The notes under the pieces were generated by a model. That model was not told the DNA's origin. It worked only from the letters and a program-made list of their open reading frames with translations, and ran no database searches. Shown in pieces: positions 9,926 to 18,789 of a DNA stretch of 64,000 nucleotides. The position numbers and the translations under genes were made by a program. Where the stretch lies: positions 1,952,001-2,016,000 of the forward strand of contig OZ244905.1 in the NCBI GenBank assembly GCA_965221695.1. The letters run 5' to 3'. Origin of the DNA: Gammaproteobacteria bacterium (GTDB taxonomy: Bacteria; Pseudomonadota; Gammaproteobacteria; Eutrophobiales; Eutrophobiaceae). Within the stretch, counting starts at the first letter, position 1. Every line of letters begins with the position of its first letter.

Positions 9926-10714
9926 ATAAGTTCTCCTTGGCCGCACCAGGTTTTTGGATTATACCCGATTTCACCCGCATTAATACGGCACATACGTCTT
10001 AGTTATCGTATAACTCAGCCAGAAACGCGCCTTATTGTTCAGGCCCGAAGTCGGTACAATTCATCGGCAATTGCACAATGATTTTTCTGCAGAACTGCTG
10101 CTACGCATACCCTTTGACGTGAGTGCTTTGGCGATGAGTGGTAATATGACGGAATATAAATTTACACGTGCTTTAATAGAAAGCGTAGAACATGGGGCAC
10201 ATCACTTCATTACATCCGGTGTGATAGAAACAACAGAAATTATCAAGCAGGATCAGAGCGGAACACCGCTCAAACATCTTGCTATTCGAGACCATCGAAA
10301 ATATGACGGATGGGAGAAAGCAGCATGACAGAAACTGTCCGAAATCAGGGTTTTTTTCCATCGCCCCTAAGTGGTACGGCAGCCTCATCACACCACTTGC
10401 CAGCTTCTCTTGATTGGTCCAGTCTGTCAGTCCGTATTAAAAACCGGACAGTTCTCATTCCTGATAAGATGAAAACAATGCAGAATTTAAATATCTCTGA
10501 AACTAAAACAACTGTCGTTCTTCGTCGGAATAAATTGCTTCAATATCGGATTCATCTGAAGGGACAGAATTTTTTGTCAGATCGTAAACCCCGGTCATTT
10601 TGCCTGGCCAAAACGACAAATTGCCTCTGGCAGTCGGTGTAGTTCACCGTCTGCAACTGCCCCAGGCTATAGGGTGTCCCGTCTTAGGGATATGGATCGT
10701 ATTGAGTCATGTCG

Positions 10715-10844
10715 TTAAACAAGGATAAAGAATCTTAAAACCCCGGTTTTGACGGCAAAAAGTGGGGTTTAAGAGAGCACAACAGACACCTGCAACAAAT
10801 CAGCTCAATGGAAACAAAGAGTTAGGCAGGTCCGACCCTGTTTC
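10715..10844 (-). repeat. ~130-bp junction repeat, full inverted copy
   Basis: Reverse complement reads GAAACAGGGTCGGACCTGCCTAACTC...CCTTGTTTAA and aligns with 9029-9158. Confidence 0.9.
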
Positions 10845-10999
10845 TCTCAGCATATCATCATGAAGTATTTGAGGAATATGGATTGCCTGCTAACACTTTT
10901 GGCGGCACGCCGCTAACAGGCGCGCTTTGGGAGGCGGATATTAATTTCGGCAAAGCGTTGGGCCTGCCCTATTGGTGCGAAGGGTGTGCGCCGAAATGA
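10845..10999 (+). pseudogene. Start-less C-terminal stub, probably a toxin tip (AYHHEVFEEYGLPANTFGGTPLTG...WCEGCAPK)
   Basis: Open frame from the repeat boundary; its TGA overlaps the next ATG (ATGA at 10996-10999). Confidence 0.55.
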
Positions 11000-11715
11000 A
11001 CGCATTAGTGAACCTGGTTCGTGCCTTCTGCCTGTTTCTGGCAGTTATTTCGATGAGCGCTGATGCGTTTGATATGGATACCGTCAAGATCAAGGTTGGC
11101 AAGCATCATTTGACTGTTCCAGAACGCTATATGATAGAGCCTCAGATACCAATCTGGTTGCGTTGGGTGCCGGGACTGGCGCCGAGCGAGGGGGGCATCA
11201 TACTTGATATAAAAGCGGAAGACATCGCTGCTGAAGTGCCGGGTTATCAAATCTATGACGGCCGATATAAGGCGGATTGCATACTGCTTATCCAGGTCAA
11301 GGGTGAAAAAGAATTAAAGACATACCTGGACCCGCATTGGCATTATTATAGTGACATGTGGTACGGGCGCGGTTTTTACAGCAATCGAGTTGTTGAAAAG
11401 CATGCGCGCTCTGGATTTTATAAATTATATGACAAAGGCATTGAATCATCTTGGCGTGCTGTAAGAATTTACCCGGATGCCAGCCAACCGATACCCGATG
11501 ACCCGTTTGCTTTTTGGGTGGCGAGCTGTCTAAATGGGACTTCTCCCAGAACGCGAAGTGGCCGGATAACGAGGTGCAAGACCAGGATAATATACGATGA
11601 CCTGCTCTTGGATTTTGGCGTGGCTGAATTTAATTTGCATTTGATTGATGAAGTCAGAGCGATGATGCTTAGGCAGTTGTTGCTATGGAAGGGTGAAATG
11701 GTAGCAGTGGAGTAA
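10996..11715 (+). CDS. Exported hypothetical protein, putative orphan immunity protein
   Basis: Signal-peptide-like N-terminus (..FLAVISMSADA); coupled to the upstream stub; followed 4 nt later by the repeat core. Confidence 0.6.
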   Translation: MNALVNLVRAFCLFLAVISMSADAFDMDTVKIKVGKHHLTVPERYMIEPQIPIWLRWVPGLAPSEGGIILDIKAEDIAAEVPGYQIYDGRYKADCILLIQVKGEKELKTYLDPHWHYYSDMWYGRGFYSNRVVEKHARSGFYKLYDKGIESSWRAVRIYPDASQPIPDDPFAFWVASCLNGTSPRTRSGRITRCKTRIIYDDLLLDFGVAEFNLHLIDEVRAMMLRQLLLWKGEMVAVE

Positions 11716-11719
11716 CAGC

Positions 11720-11737
11720 GAAACAGGGTCGGACCTG
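11720..11737 (+). repeat. Junction repeat, 18-bp core only
   Basis: GAAACAGGGTCGGACCTG, identical to the start of the copies at 5047 and 9029. Confidence 0.85.
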
Positions 11738-11887
11738 AATAAATGCAAGCTTACCAAAGACGCCTGGGGCAACGACTACCGATATGAAGCGCCTGGAAAA
11801 AACGGACTCTATGATCTATATTCCTATGGCGCGGATAATTCCTCCGGGGGCTCTCGCGAAGACAGGGATATTGTCAGTTGGGAGTAA
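11735..11887 (+). pseudogene. gspG: 3' fragment of type II secretion major pseudopilin GspG
   Basis: LTKDAWGNDYRYEAPGKNGLYDLYSYGADNSSGGSREDRDIVSWE* matches the GspG C-terminal pattern DPWGNxYxYxxPG...D.YSYGAD...GG...D.DI. Confidence 0.8.
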
Positions 11888-11982
11888 AAGTGGCATCACC
11901 CTGGTCGAATTATCGTTTATCTATACGACAATCTGTATAGATTTCCGGGATTGTTTGAATATAACAGAACGAGGGCGAAGCG

Positions 11983-14900
11983 ATGGCAACTGCAAAAGAA
12001 AAAAACGATGCGCCTGACAACATGTCCACCCCTTACGAGATGGATTTAAGCGCCGACGAGTATACGTTTGAAGGGTGGATTGACGATAACAAGGACCAGG
12101 ACTGGGTCAAAATCCAGCTCACAAAAGGAATATTGTACACCATTACGCTTCAGGGAAAAGGCAGCAAAAACGTTCAGGCTGCCGATCACACCGTGCTGAT
12201 ACTCTACGACGCAAAGGGAAATGAAATCGCTCGCTCGGATGCGAGTTCACGTTCTTCCTCAAGTTCAACAATAGACTTTACTGCGCCGGCAAATGACGTA
12301 TATTTCCTCAGCGCCGGCGTCAATGCAGTGGATAAGAAAAAGGATTATTCGGGTCATTATGAAATTAAGGTTTATGAGTCCAAGCCGCAGGATAAAGATG
12401 AGGGGATAATATTCAAGGGCACAGCGGCCCCTGAGGTAATAGAAGGCGGGAAAGGCAACGATCTGCTCGACGGCTTGGGAGGTGACGATACGATATACGG
12501 TTATGGCGGCGACGACACGATAACAGGCGGCGATGGCGATGACGTTATCGTTGGTGGGCCGGGGGCTGACAAACTCGATGGCGGAAATGACATTGATTTA
12601 ATTGCGTATTTCGATTCACCGGCAGCAGTCAAAATAAACCTGCTCTATCGCACAGCCTGGGGCGGTGATGCCGAGGGAGATAGGATAGGTCCGGATATTG
12701 AAGGGGTGGCAGGATCCGACTTTGAAGACGAACTGGCGGGAAATGATGGGTTCAACATTATCTTGGGCGGCGCCGGTGATGACATCATATACGGATTGGG
12801 AGATGTTGACTTATTACTCGGCGAAGCAGGTGACGACAGGATAAACGGCGGCAAGGGTCCTGATTATATTGTTGGAGGTGAGGGTGACGATTCTCTATTC
12901 GGCGAGGATGGCGATGATCAGTTGATAGGAGAGGCCGGCAATGACAAGCTGTATGGTGGAGCTGGCGATGATTGGCTGACAGGACAGACCGGTGATGACA
13001 AGCTGAATGGCGGCGCTGGCGGTGATGCGCTTGAAGGAGGCGCCGGCAATGATACTCTGGATGCTGGTGCTGGCGATGATACGCTAGAAGGAGGCGTCGG
13101 CGATGATACTCTGGATGGTGGTGATGGCGATGATCATCTGGCAGGAGGGGCCGGCGATGATAAGCTGTATGGTGGCTATGGTAATGATAGGCTGACGGGT
13201 GGGCCAGGCGCTGATGATCTAATCGGTGGTCCTGGCAGGGATGTTGCCTCATTCCATTATTCGAACGCGGTGACAGTGCGGCTACATTCATTTGAGTTGA
13301 GCGGCGGCGATGCCGAGGGCGATACTTTTGGTGGCAGGGGCGATCCAATAGTATATACAGACGAGGACGGCAACGAGAAAACGTTCATACCAGCCGATAT
13401 TGAGGATCTTCAGGGATCCACTTCTAATGACACTCTGGCCGGCGATATCAGAGCTAATTTCATCGATGGCGGTTCAGGGGACGACAACATCCAAGGTATG
13501 GCTGGCGATGACTTCCTGGATGGCAATGATGGTGATGACATTCTTGATGGCGGCGCTGGTGATGATACGCTGCGAGGCGGTTCAGGTAGTGACCATGTGA
13601 CAGGCGGAGGTGGCGCTGATACGCTCGAAGGCGGCCCCGGCTGGGATACATTATCGTATTATGATTCACCCGAAGCAGTTGAGGTGAACCTGTCATCCGG
13701 CTTAGCCAAAGGTGGTGATGCTGAGGGAGATACATTAGGGCTGGGTTTTGAATATCTGGAAGGTTCCCAATTTGCTGACAAACTGACGGGCAACAGCGAC
13801 CGTAATACGATATGGGGTCGCGCTGGTGATGATGTTCTTGAAGGAGGCGCGGGCGATGACCTTCTGGATGGTGGCGTGGGCGACGATTCGCTGAATGGCG
13901 GCGCTGGGTATGATTTGTTGAGAGGTGGACCCGGCGCTGATGAGCTGATCGGTGGTCCTGGTGGGAATATGGCCTCTTTCTATTTTTCTGACGCTGCGGT
14001 GACAGTGCGTCTGCATTCCTTCGAGTTAAGTGGTGGCTATGCCGAAGGCGATACATTTGGTGGCAGGGACGACCCCATAGTGTATACAGACGAGGAGGGC
14101 AACGAGAAAACGTTCATCCCTGCTGATATTACTAGTCTCCGAGGCTCTGAATGGAATGACATTCTGGTTGGCGATATCAGAAATAATTTCATCGGGGGAG
14201 TTGGTGGTGATGACAAGATTCAAGGCATGGCGGGCAACGATTACCTATATGGTGGCGATGGCAATGACATCTTGGATGGCGATGATGGTGATGACTTTCT
14301 TGATGGTAGGCAAGGCAATGATACTCTGAACGGTGGCGCTGGTGATGACTGGTTAGAAGGCGACGCGGGTGATGATACGCTGCGGGGTGACGCAGGCAAT
14401 GACCATGTGGCAGGTGGCGCGGGCGCTGATACGCTCGAAGGCGGCCCGGGCTGGGATAGATTATCCTATTTCGATTCACCCGAAGCAGTAGAGGTGAACC
14501 TGTCATCCGGTTCAGCCAAAGGTGGTGATGCCGAAGGGGATACGATAGGGCTGGATTTTGAAGTTCTGCATGGTTCTGAATTTGACGACAAACTGACGGG
14601 AAATAGCGGCAATAATTTCATATGGGGTTACACCGGCAATGATGCTCTTGAAGGAAGCGATGGCGATGACCTTCTGGAGGGTGACGCGGGCGACGATTCA
14701 CTGAAAGGCGGCGATGGCAATGATGAACTGAGAGGCGGAGCTGGCGCTGATGAGCTGATCGGTGGTCCTGGCAGGGATGTTGCTGCATTCTATTATTCGG
14801 ACGCGGCAGTGATAGTGCGTCTGCATTCCTTTGAGTTGAGCGGCGGCGATGCCGAGGGCGATACCTTTGGTGGCAGGGACGACCCCATAGTGTATAGAGA

Positions 14901-17166
14901 CGAGGAGGGCAACGTGAAAACGTTCACACCAGCCGATATTGAAGGTCTGATTGGTTCTAAATGGAATGACGTTCTGGTTGGTGATATCAGGGATAATGCC
15001 ATCCGAGGCTTTGATGGTCATGACAACATCGTAGGCATGGCTGGCAATGACACTTTGGATGGCAATGATGGTAATGACATTGTTTATGGTGATGCTGGCG
15101 ATGATACGCTGCGAGGCGGCGCAGGGAATGACTTTTTGGAGGGTGGCGCAGGCGCTGATACGCTCGAAGGCGGCACGGGCCGGGATACACTATCCTATTT
15201 TAATTCACCTGAAGCAGTTGAGGTGAACCTGTCATCCGGCTTAGCCAAAGGTGGTGATGCCGAGGGTGATACCTTAGGTTTGGATTTTGAGAAGCTGGAA
15301 GGTTCCGAATTTGCTGACAAACTGACGGGGAACAGCGGCAGTAATTTCATATGGGGTTATGCAGGCGATGATGCTCTTGAAGGTGGCGCAGGCGATGATG
15401 TTCTGGAGGGTGGCGCGGGCGACGATTCACTGAAAGGCGGCGATGGCGATGACGAGTTGAGAGGCGGCGCCGGTGATGATCATGTGACAGGTGGCGCAGG
15501 CGCAGATACGCTCGAAGGCGGCCCGGGTCTGAATACACTATCCTATATTAATTCACCCGAAGCAGTTGAGGTGAATCTGTCAACCGGTTTGGCCAAAGGC
15601 GGTGATGCTGAGGGTGATACCTTAGGGCTGGATTTTGAAAGTCTGATTGGTTCCAAATTTAATGACAAACTGACCGGAAACAGTGGTAATAATTCGATAC
15701 TTGGTGGCAGGGGTAATGATACGGTGCATGGCGGCGCTGGCGATGATACGCTGGATGGACACGATGGCGATGATGATCTTAGAGGTGGAGCGGGCAATGA
15801 TGGTTTGTACGGCGACTCTGGTGACGATTCGCTGAATGGTGGTGATGGCGATGATGATCTTTGGGGATATCCCGGCAATGATACCTTGATCGGTGGCGCC
15901 GGCGATGATCTACTGCACGGCGGCAGTGGTAACGACAATCTGGAAGGTGGTCCTGGCGCGGATGTGCTCTATGGTAGCGTCGGTGGAGATTCGCTGCACG
16001 GCGGCATTGGTAATGACTATGTGGAAGGTGGCCCTGGCGCGGATGTGCTTAATGGTGGCGCTGGCGTTGATAATTTGTCTTACATTGGCTCGATGGAAGC
16101 GGTCGAAGTCGACCTGTCATCGGGTTCAGCCAAAGGTGGTGATGCAGAGGAAGATACATTGGGACTTGATTTTGAAAATGTTCAAGGTTCTCAATTTGCT
16201 GACAAGCTGACCGGGAACAGTGGCAATAACGTGATACGAGGCCAAGGCGGTAATGATACGCTACGTGGCGGCGCCGGCAATGATGAGCTTCACGGCGGGA
16301 AGGGAGAAGATATATTGTGGGGTGACGCTGGCAATGATACGTTTTATGGCGGCGAGGACAATGACATCATCTACGTTGACGGTATGGATGATGATGCAAA
16401 TATTGATGGGGGCAGTGGCCATTTTGATATTGTGTCCTACGAACATGCAGGATTGAGTGAAGGTGTTACAAAAAACATCAGTGATTTTAATGGCATCGAA
16501 TATATCATCGGCACGAGCCACGCTGACACGCTAACAGATGACATTGATATGGGGAATAACTATCTTGAAGGCGGTCCGGGCGCTGATACTCTTGACGGTG
16601 GCGATGGATATGATTATTTAGCGTATAGCCAATCCAGTGAGGGAGTAACAGTAAATCTATCGACGAATATCACCAGTGGCGGTGATGCTGCCGGCGATAC
16701 CGTGAAAAACTTCGAGGCTATCGCCGGGTCTGAGCATAATGATAATTTAACCGGTAACGATAGTGATAATAATTTATTTGGCCTGGGCGGTGACGATAAT
16801 CTTGCGGGTGGCGCCGGCCCGGATCTTATTTTAGGTGGACAAGGCGATGACACATTGACGGGTGGGAGTGGCAATGATCTTTATTTGTTCTTCCCCGGTG
16901 ACGGGGATGACGTCATCACGGATTTTGGTGATGGTAGTGATGTGATCATACTCGCCGATTTTAACTCTAGTATTGAGAGTGTGGATCTTAAAACTATTAT
17001 AAGCCAAGAAGGCGATGATGTGATTTTTGATCTGGAGGACTTTGGCGGCGGGTCAATAACAGTGCAAGCTAGCGAGGACAATACCGTAAGTGTTTCTGAT
17101 TTTATTGATGAGAACGGAGAGACAACGGATGTTTTGCTCATTTCATACTCTGAATCTGCCGCTTAG
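11983..17166 (+). CDS. Large RTX/hemolysin-type Ca-binding repeat protein with an N-terminal PPC-like domain, probable type I secretion substrate
   Basis: Dozens of GGxGxDxLx nonapeptides; repeated GGDAEGD modules; no N-terminal signal peptide; DQDWVKIQL...YTITL..G N-terminal beta domain. Confidence 0.9.
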   Translation: MATAKEKNDAPDNMSTPYEMDLSADEYTFEGWIDDNKDQDWVKIQLTKGILYTITLQGKGSKNVQAADHTVLILYDAKGNEIARSDASSRSSSSSTIDFTAPANDVYFLSAGVNAVDKKKDYSGHYEIKVYESKPQDKDEGIIFKGTAAPEVIEGGKGNDLLDGLGGDDTIYGYGGDDTITGGDGDDVIVGGPGADKLDGGNDIDLIAYFDSPAAVKINLLYRTAWGGDAEGDRIGPDIEGVAGSDFEDELAGNDGFNIILGGAGDDIIYGLGDVDLLLGEAGDDRINGGKGPDYIVGGEGDDSLFGEDGDDQLIGEAGNDKLYGGAGDDWLTGQTGDDKLNGGAGGDALEGGAGNDTLDAGAGDDTLEGGVGDDTLDGGDGDDHLAGGAGDDKLYGGYGNDRLTGGPGADDLIGGPGRDVASFHYSNAVTVRLHSFELSGGDAEGDTFGGRGDPIVYTDEDGNEKTFIPADIEDLQGSTSNDTLAGDIRANFIDGGSGDDNIQGMAGDDFLDGNDGDDILDGGAGDDTLRGGSGSDHVTGGGGADTLEGGPGWDTLSYYDSPEAVEVNLSSGLAKGGDAEGDTLGLGFEYLEGSQFADKLTGNSDRNTIWGRAGDDVLEGGAGDDLLDGGVGDDSLNGGAGYDLLRGGPGADELIGGPGGNMASFYFSDAAVTVRLHSFELSGGYAEGDTFGGRDDPIVYTDEEGNEKTFIPADITSLRGSEWNDILVGDIRNNFIGGVGGDDKIQGMAGNDYLYGGDGNDILDGDDGDDFLDGRQGNDTLNGGAGDDWLEGDAGDDTLRGDAGNDHVAGGAGADTLEGGPGWDRLSYFDSPEAVEVNLSSGSAKGGDAEGDTIGLDFEVLHGSEFDDKLTGNSGNNFIWGYTGNDALEGSDGDDLLEGDAGDDSLKGGDGNDELRGGAGADELIGGPGRDVAAFYYSDAAVIVRLHSFELSGGDAEGDTFGGRDDPIVYRDEEGNVKTFTPADIEGLIGSKWNDVLVGDIRDNAIRGFDGHDNIVGMAGNDTLDGNDGNDIVYGDAGDDTLRGGAGNDFLEGGAGADTLEGGTGRDTLSYFNSPEAVEVNLSSGLAKGGDAEGDTLGLDFEKLEGSEFADKLTGNSGSNFIWGYAGDDALEGGAGDDVLEGGAGDDSLKGGDGDDELRGGAGDDHVTGGAGADTLEGGPGLNTLSYINSPEAVEVNLSTGLAKGGDAEGDTLGLDFESLIGSKFNDKLTGNSGNNSILGGRGNDTVHGGAGDDTLDGHDGDDDLRGGAGNDGLYGDSGDDSLNGGDGDDDLWGYPGNDTLIGGAGDDLLHGGSGNDNLEGGPGADVLYGSVGGDSLHGGIGNDYVEGGPGADVLNGGAGVDNLSYIGSMEAVEVDLSSGSAKGGDAEEDTLGLDFENVQGSQFADKLTGNSGNNVIRGQGGNDTLRGGAGNDELHGGKGEDILWGDAGNDTFYGGEDNDIIYVDGMDDDANIDGGSGHFDIVSYEHAGLSEGVTKNISDFNGIEYIIGTSHADTLTDDIDMGNNYLEGGPGADTLDGGDGYDYLAYSQSSEGVTVNLSTNITSGGDAAGDTVKNFEAIAGSEHNDNLTGNDSDNNLFGLGGDDNLAGGAGPDLILGGQGDDTLTGGSGNDLYLFFPGDGDDVITDFGDGSDVIILADFNSSIESVDLKTIISQEGDDVIFDLEDFGGGSITVQASEDNTVSVSDFIDENGETTDVLLISYSESAA

Positions 17167-17372
17167 AGACTTTAACAAAAACTGTGTAAACCGCCCATCA
17201 TTAACCTTAACGTCGCACCTGGTGTCAACGCTGGCAAAACCTGAGCGTCCTGTTCCGCTACCCGGATGACATTCGCAAGGCGACTTATACGACAAACGCC
17301 ATCGAATCCCTGAACTGCGTAATCCGCAAGGCCGTCAAGAAGCGCAAGCTGTTCTCGTCGGACGATGCGGCG
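17166..17372 (+). mobile_element. IS256-family remnant (terminal-repeat-like sequence plus transposase C-terminal fragment)
   Basis: 17214-17372 encodes W..W.NL..LFRYPDDIRKATYTTNAIESLNCVIRKAVKKRKLF. GAGACTTTAACAAAAACTGTGTAAAC at 17166 resembles IS256 ends. Confidence 0.8.
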
Positions 17373-17412
17373 GCCTTCCGCGGACAGGAAGTTAAATGCC
17401 CTACAGGCAGTG

Positions 17413-17937
17413 TTATCCAGGCAAAAGAAACAGCTTGAAGGCGGTGAACAGCGAACCCGTGAATGCAGCTTGAATCAGGACAATTTTTACCATCAGTCGT
17501 AATTCCAGATTCTTGAGCCGGTGGTCCATCGATATTTCCTGCTTCTCCATCTCGTGGCGTAGCGATGTTTCCATTTTCTCCATATCGCTACGAAGGGATG
17601 TTTCCATGCTCTCCATATCGCCCCGCAGATTCTCGATGTCACCGCGAAGCGATGCTTCCATCTTCTCCATATCGCTACGAAGCGCTGTCTCCGTCTTCTC
17701 CATGTCGCCCCGCAGGGATGTTTCCATTTTCTCCATGTCGCCGCGAAGCGCGGTTTCCATGCTCTCCATATCGCTACGAAGCGTAGTCTCCGTCTTAGCC
17801 AGATCAGCCTTGGTCGCTACTCGCTCATTAATCGCATCTTGCACCAGTATCACCACCGATTCCGCTTGTTTGGCCTCCATGCCGGAGTCCTTCAAGCCTT
17901 GCGCCATCTTCAGCGTATAAAAAGCTACATCTGTCAT
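17413..17937 (-). CDS. DUF1640/CCDC90-like coiled-coil protein with a C-terminal membrane anchor
   Basis: FYTLK....L..SGM...QAE; ATKADL; 11-aa repeats (LRxDMEKMETS); hydrophobic C-terminus. Confidence 0.8.
   Translation of the reverse strand: MTDVAFYTLKMAQGLKDSGMEAKQAESVVILVQDAINERVATKADLAKTETTLRSDMESMETALRGDMEKMETSLRGDMEKTETALRSDMEKMEASLRGDIENLRGDMESMETSLRSDMEKMETSLRHEMEKQEISMDHRLKNLELRLMVKIVLIQAAFTGSLFTAFKLFLLPG
17550..17795 (-). repeat. 33-bp intragenic tandem repeats, about 7 units
   Basis: Recurring TCTCCATATCGCTACGAAG / CTCCATGTCGCC units. Confidence 0.85.
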
Positions 17938-18159
17938 TTTTCCGTCTCCGATCTTGTTGTTCATTTCACTTGGCCGGAACGCCGACCTATGCTCCGCAGG
18001 TCATAAACCCAGCGGGAGGCAGCCCGGATTATTGTTCCCTTTGCATCACTGCCGCATCCGGCGACAGTTCGGGACTGCTCTCAGGTGTTACTCTATCTGC
18101 AAGTCTTCGAGGTTGTCAAATCAAAGTGTTTTTCAATATGAAATGAGCCTAAAAACTAG

Positions 18160-18176
18160 AATTAGGCAGGTCCGAC
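18160..18176 (-). repeat. Junction repeat core, inverted 17-bp fragment
   Basis: Reverse complement GTCGGACCTGCCTAATT is identical to 9037-9053. Confidence 0.7.
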
Positions 18177-18388
18177 TATGAATTCTGGATATCGTAATTC
18201 AGTTGTGTCTCGCTGTTTCCCCTCCAAGGTGACAGCCTTTGCTACGACACAGCTTACTCCGTTACCCCAAAGACAATGTTGCCAGAAAGTCTTTGGCAGG
18301 TTCGATGCGCGCGCCGTCAGGAAAGGATTTGCTCTGATTAAGCTGGGCGACGACCTGGGTTCGGGCAATCGATTGGTCAGCAAGAAAT

Positions 18389-18627
18389 TTTGGGTTCCTT
18401 CAACAGGGCGCGGGCTATGTTTTTATGGTATGGCTTCAATTTGAAAATCACATAAAGGTCTTCCAGTAATTGCAGCCAGTGTCGGATCGTATTTGGGCTT
18501 TTTTGCAAATCGCGGGCGAGCGAGTTAGCAGAGACAGAGTAGTCTTGCCACACTGGCGAGGGCCGGTCAATAACAGGATTTTTTTGCCCAACTCATCTGC
18601 AAGCGCGACGTTCAAGTACCTTTCCAT
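18389..18627 (-). pseudogene. AAA_14/DUF4143-type ATPase remnant with a large internal deletion
   Basis: MERYL...ILLLTGPRQCGKTTL joined out of frame to SLARDLQKSPNTIRHWLQLLEDLYVIF...NIARALLKEPK. Confidence 0.75.
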
Positions 18628-18789
18628 TATGGAATAGCCTGATTGATATTCTCTGTCAGTAGGGTGACAATTAGTCAAATACTTGCGCTTACTACTCGCG
18701 CAACAGCGGGAGCTCAATCAAATACAGTGTCGCCTGAAAAGCGGCCCTGTTCTGGTGAATTTGCAGGTGTCGTGAGAAGTGATGCCGGC

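Noticed and set aside
1331-10844. Junction repeats as integron attC sites (RCCTAAC / GTTAGGC motifs near gene ends)
   Set aside because: The distal end is GTTTAA rather than GTTRRRY, the interior is not an extended hairpin by eye, and no intI is present. A covariance-model search would be needed to exclude it fully.
1-11887. Diversity-generating retroelement or retron behind tip variation
   Set aside because: No reverse transcriptase and no template/variable repeat pair differing at adenines was seen.
17550-17795. 33-bp repeats as CRISPR
   Set aside because: Contiguous coding repeats without unique spacers; no cas genes.
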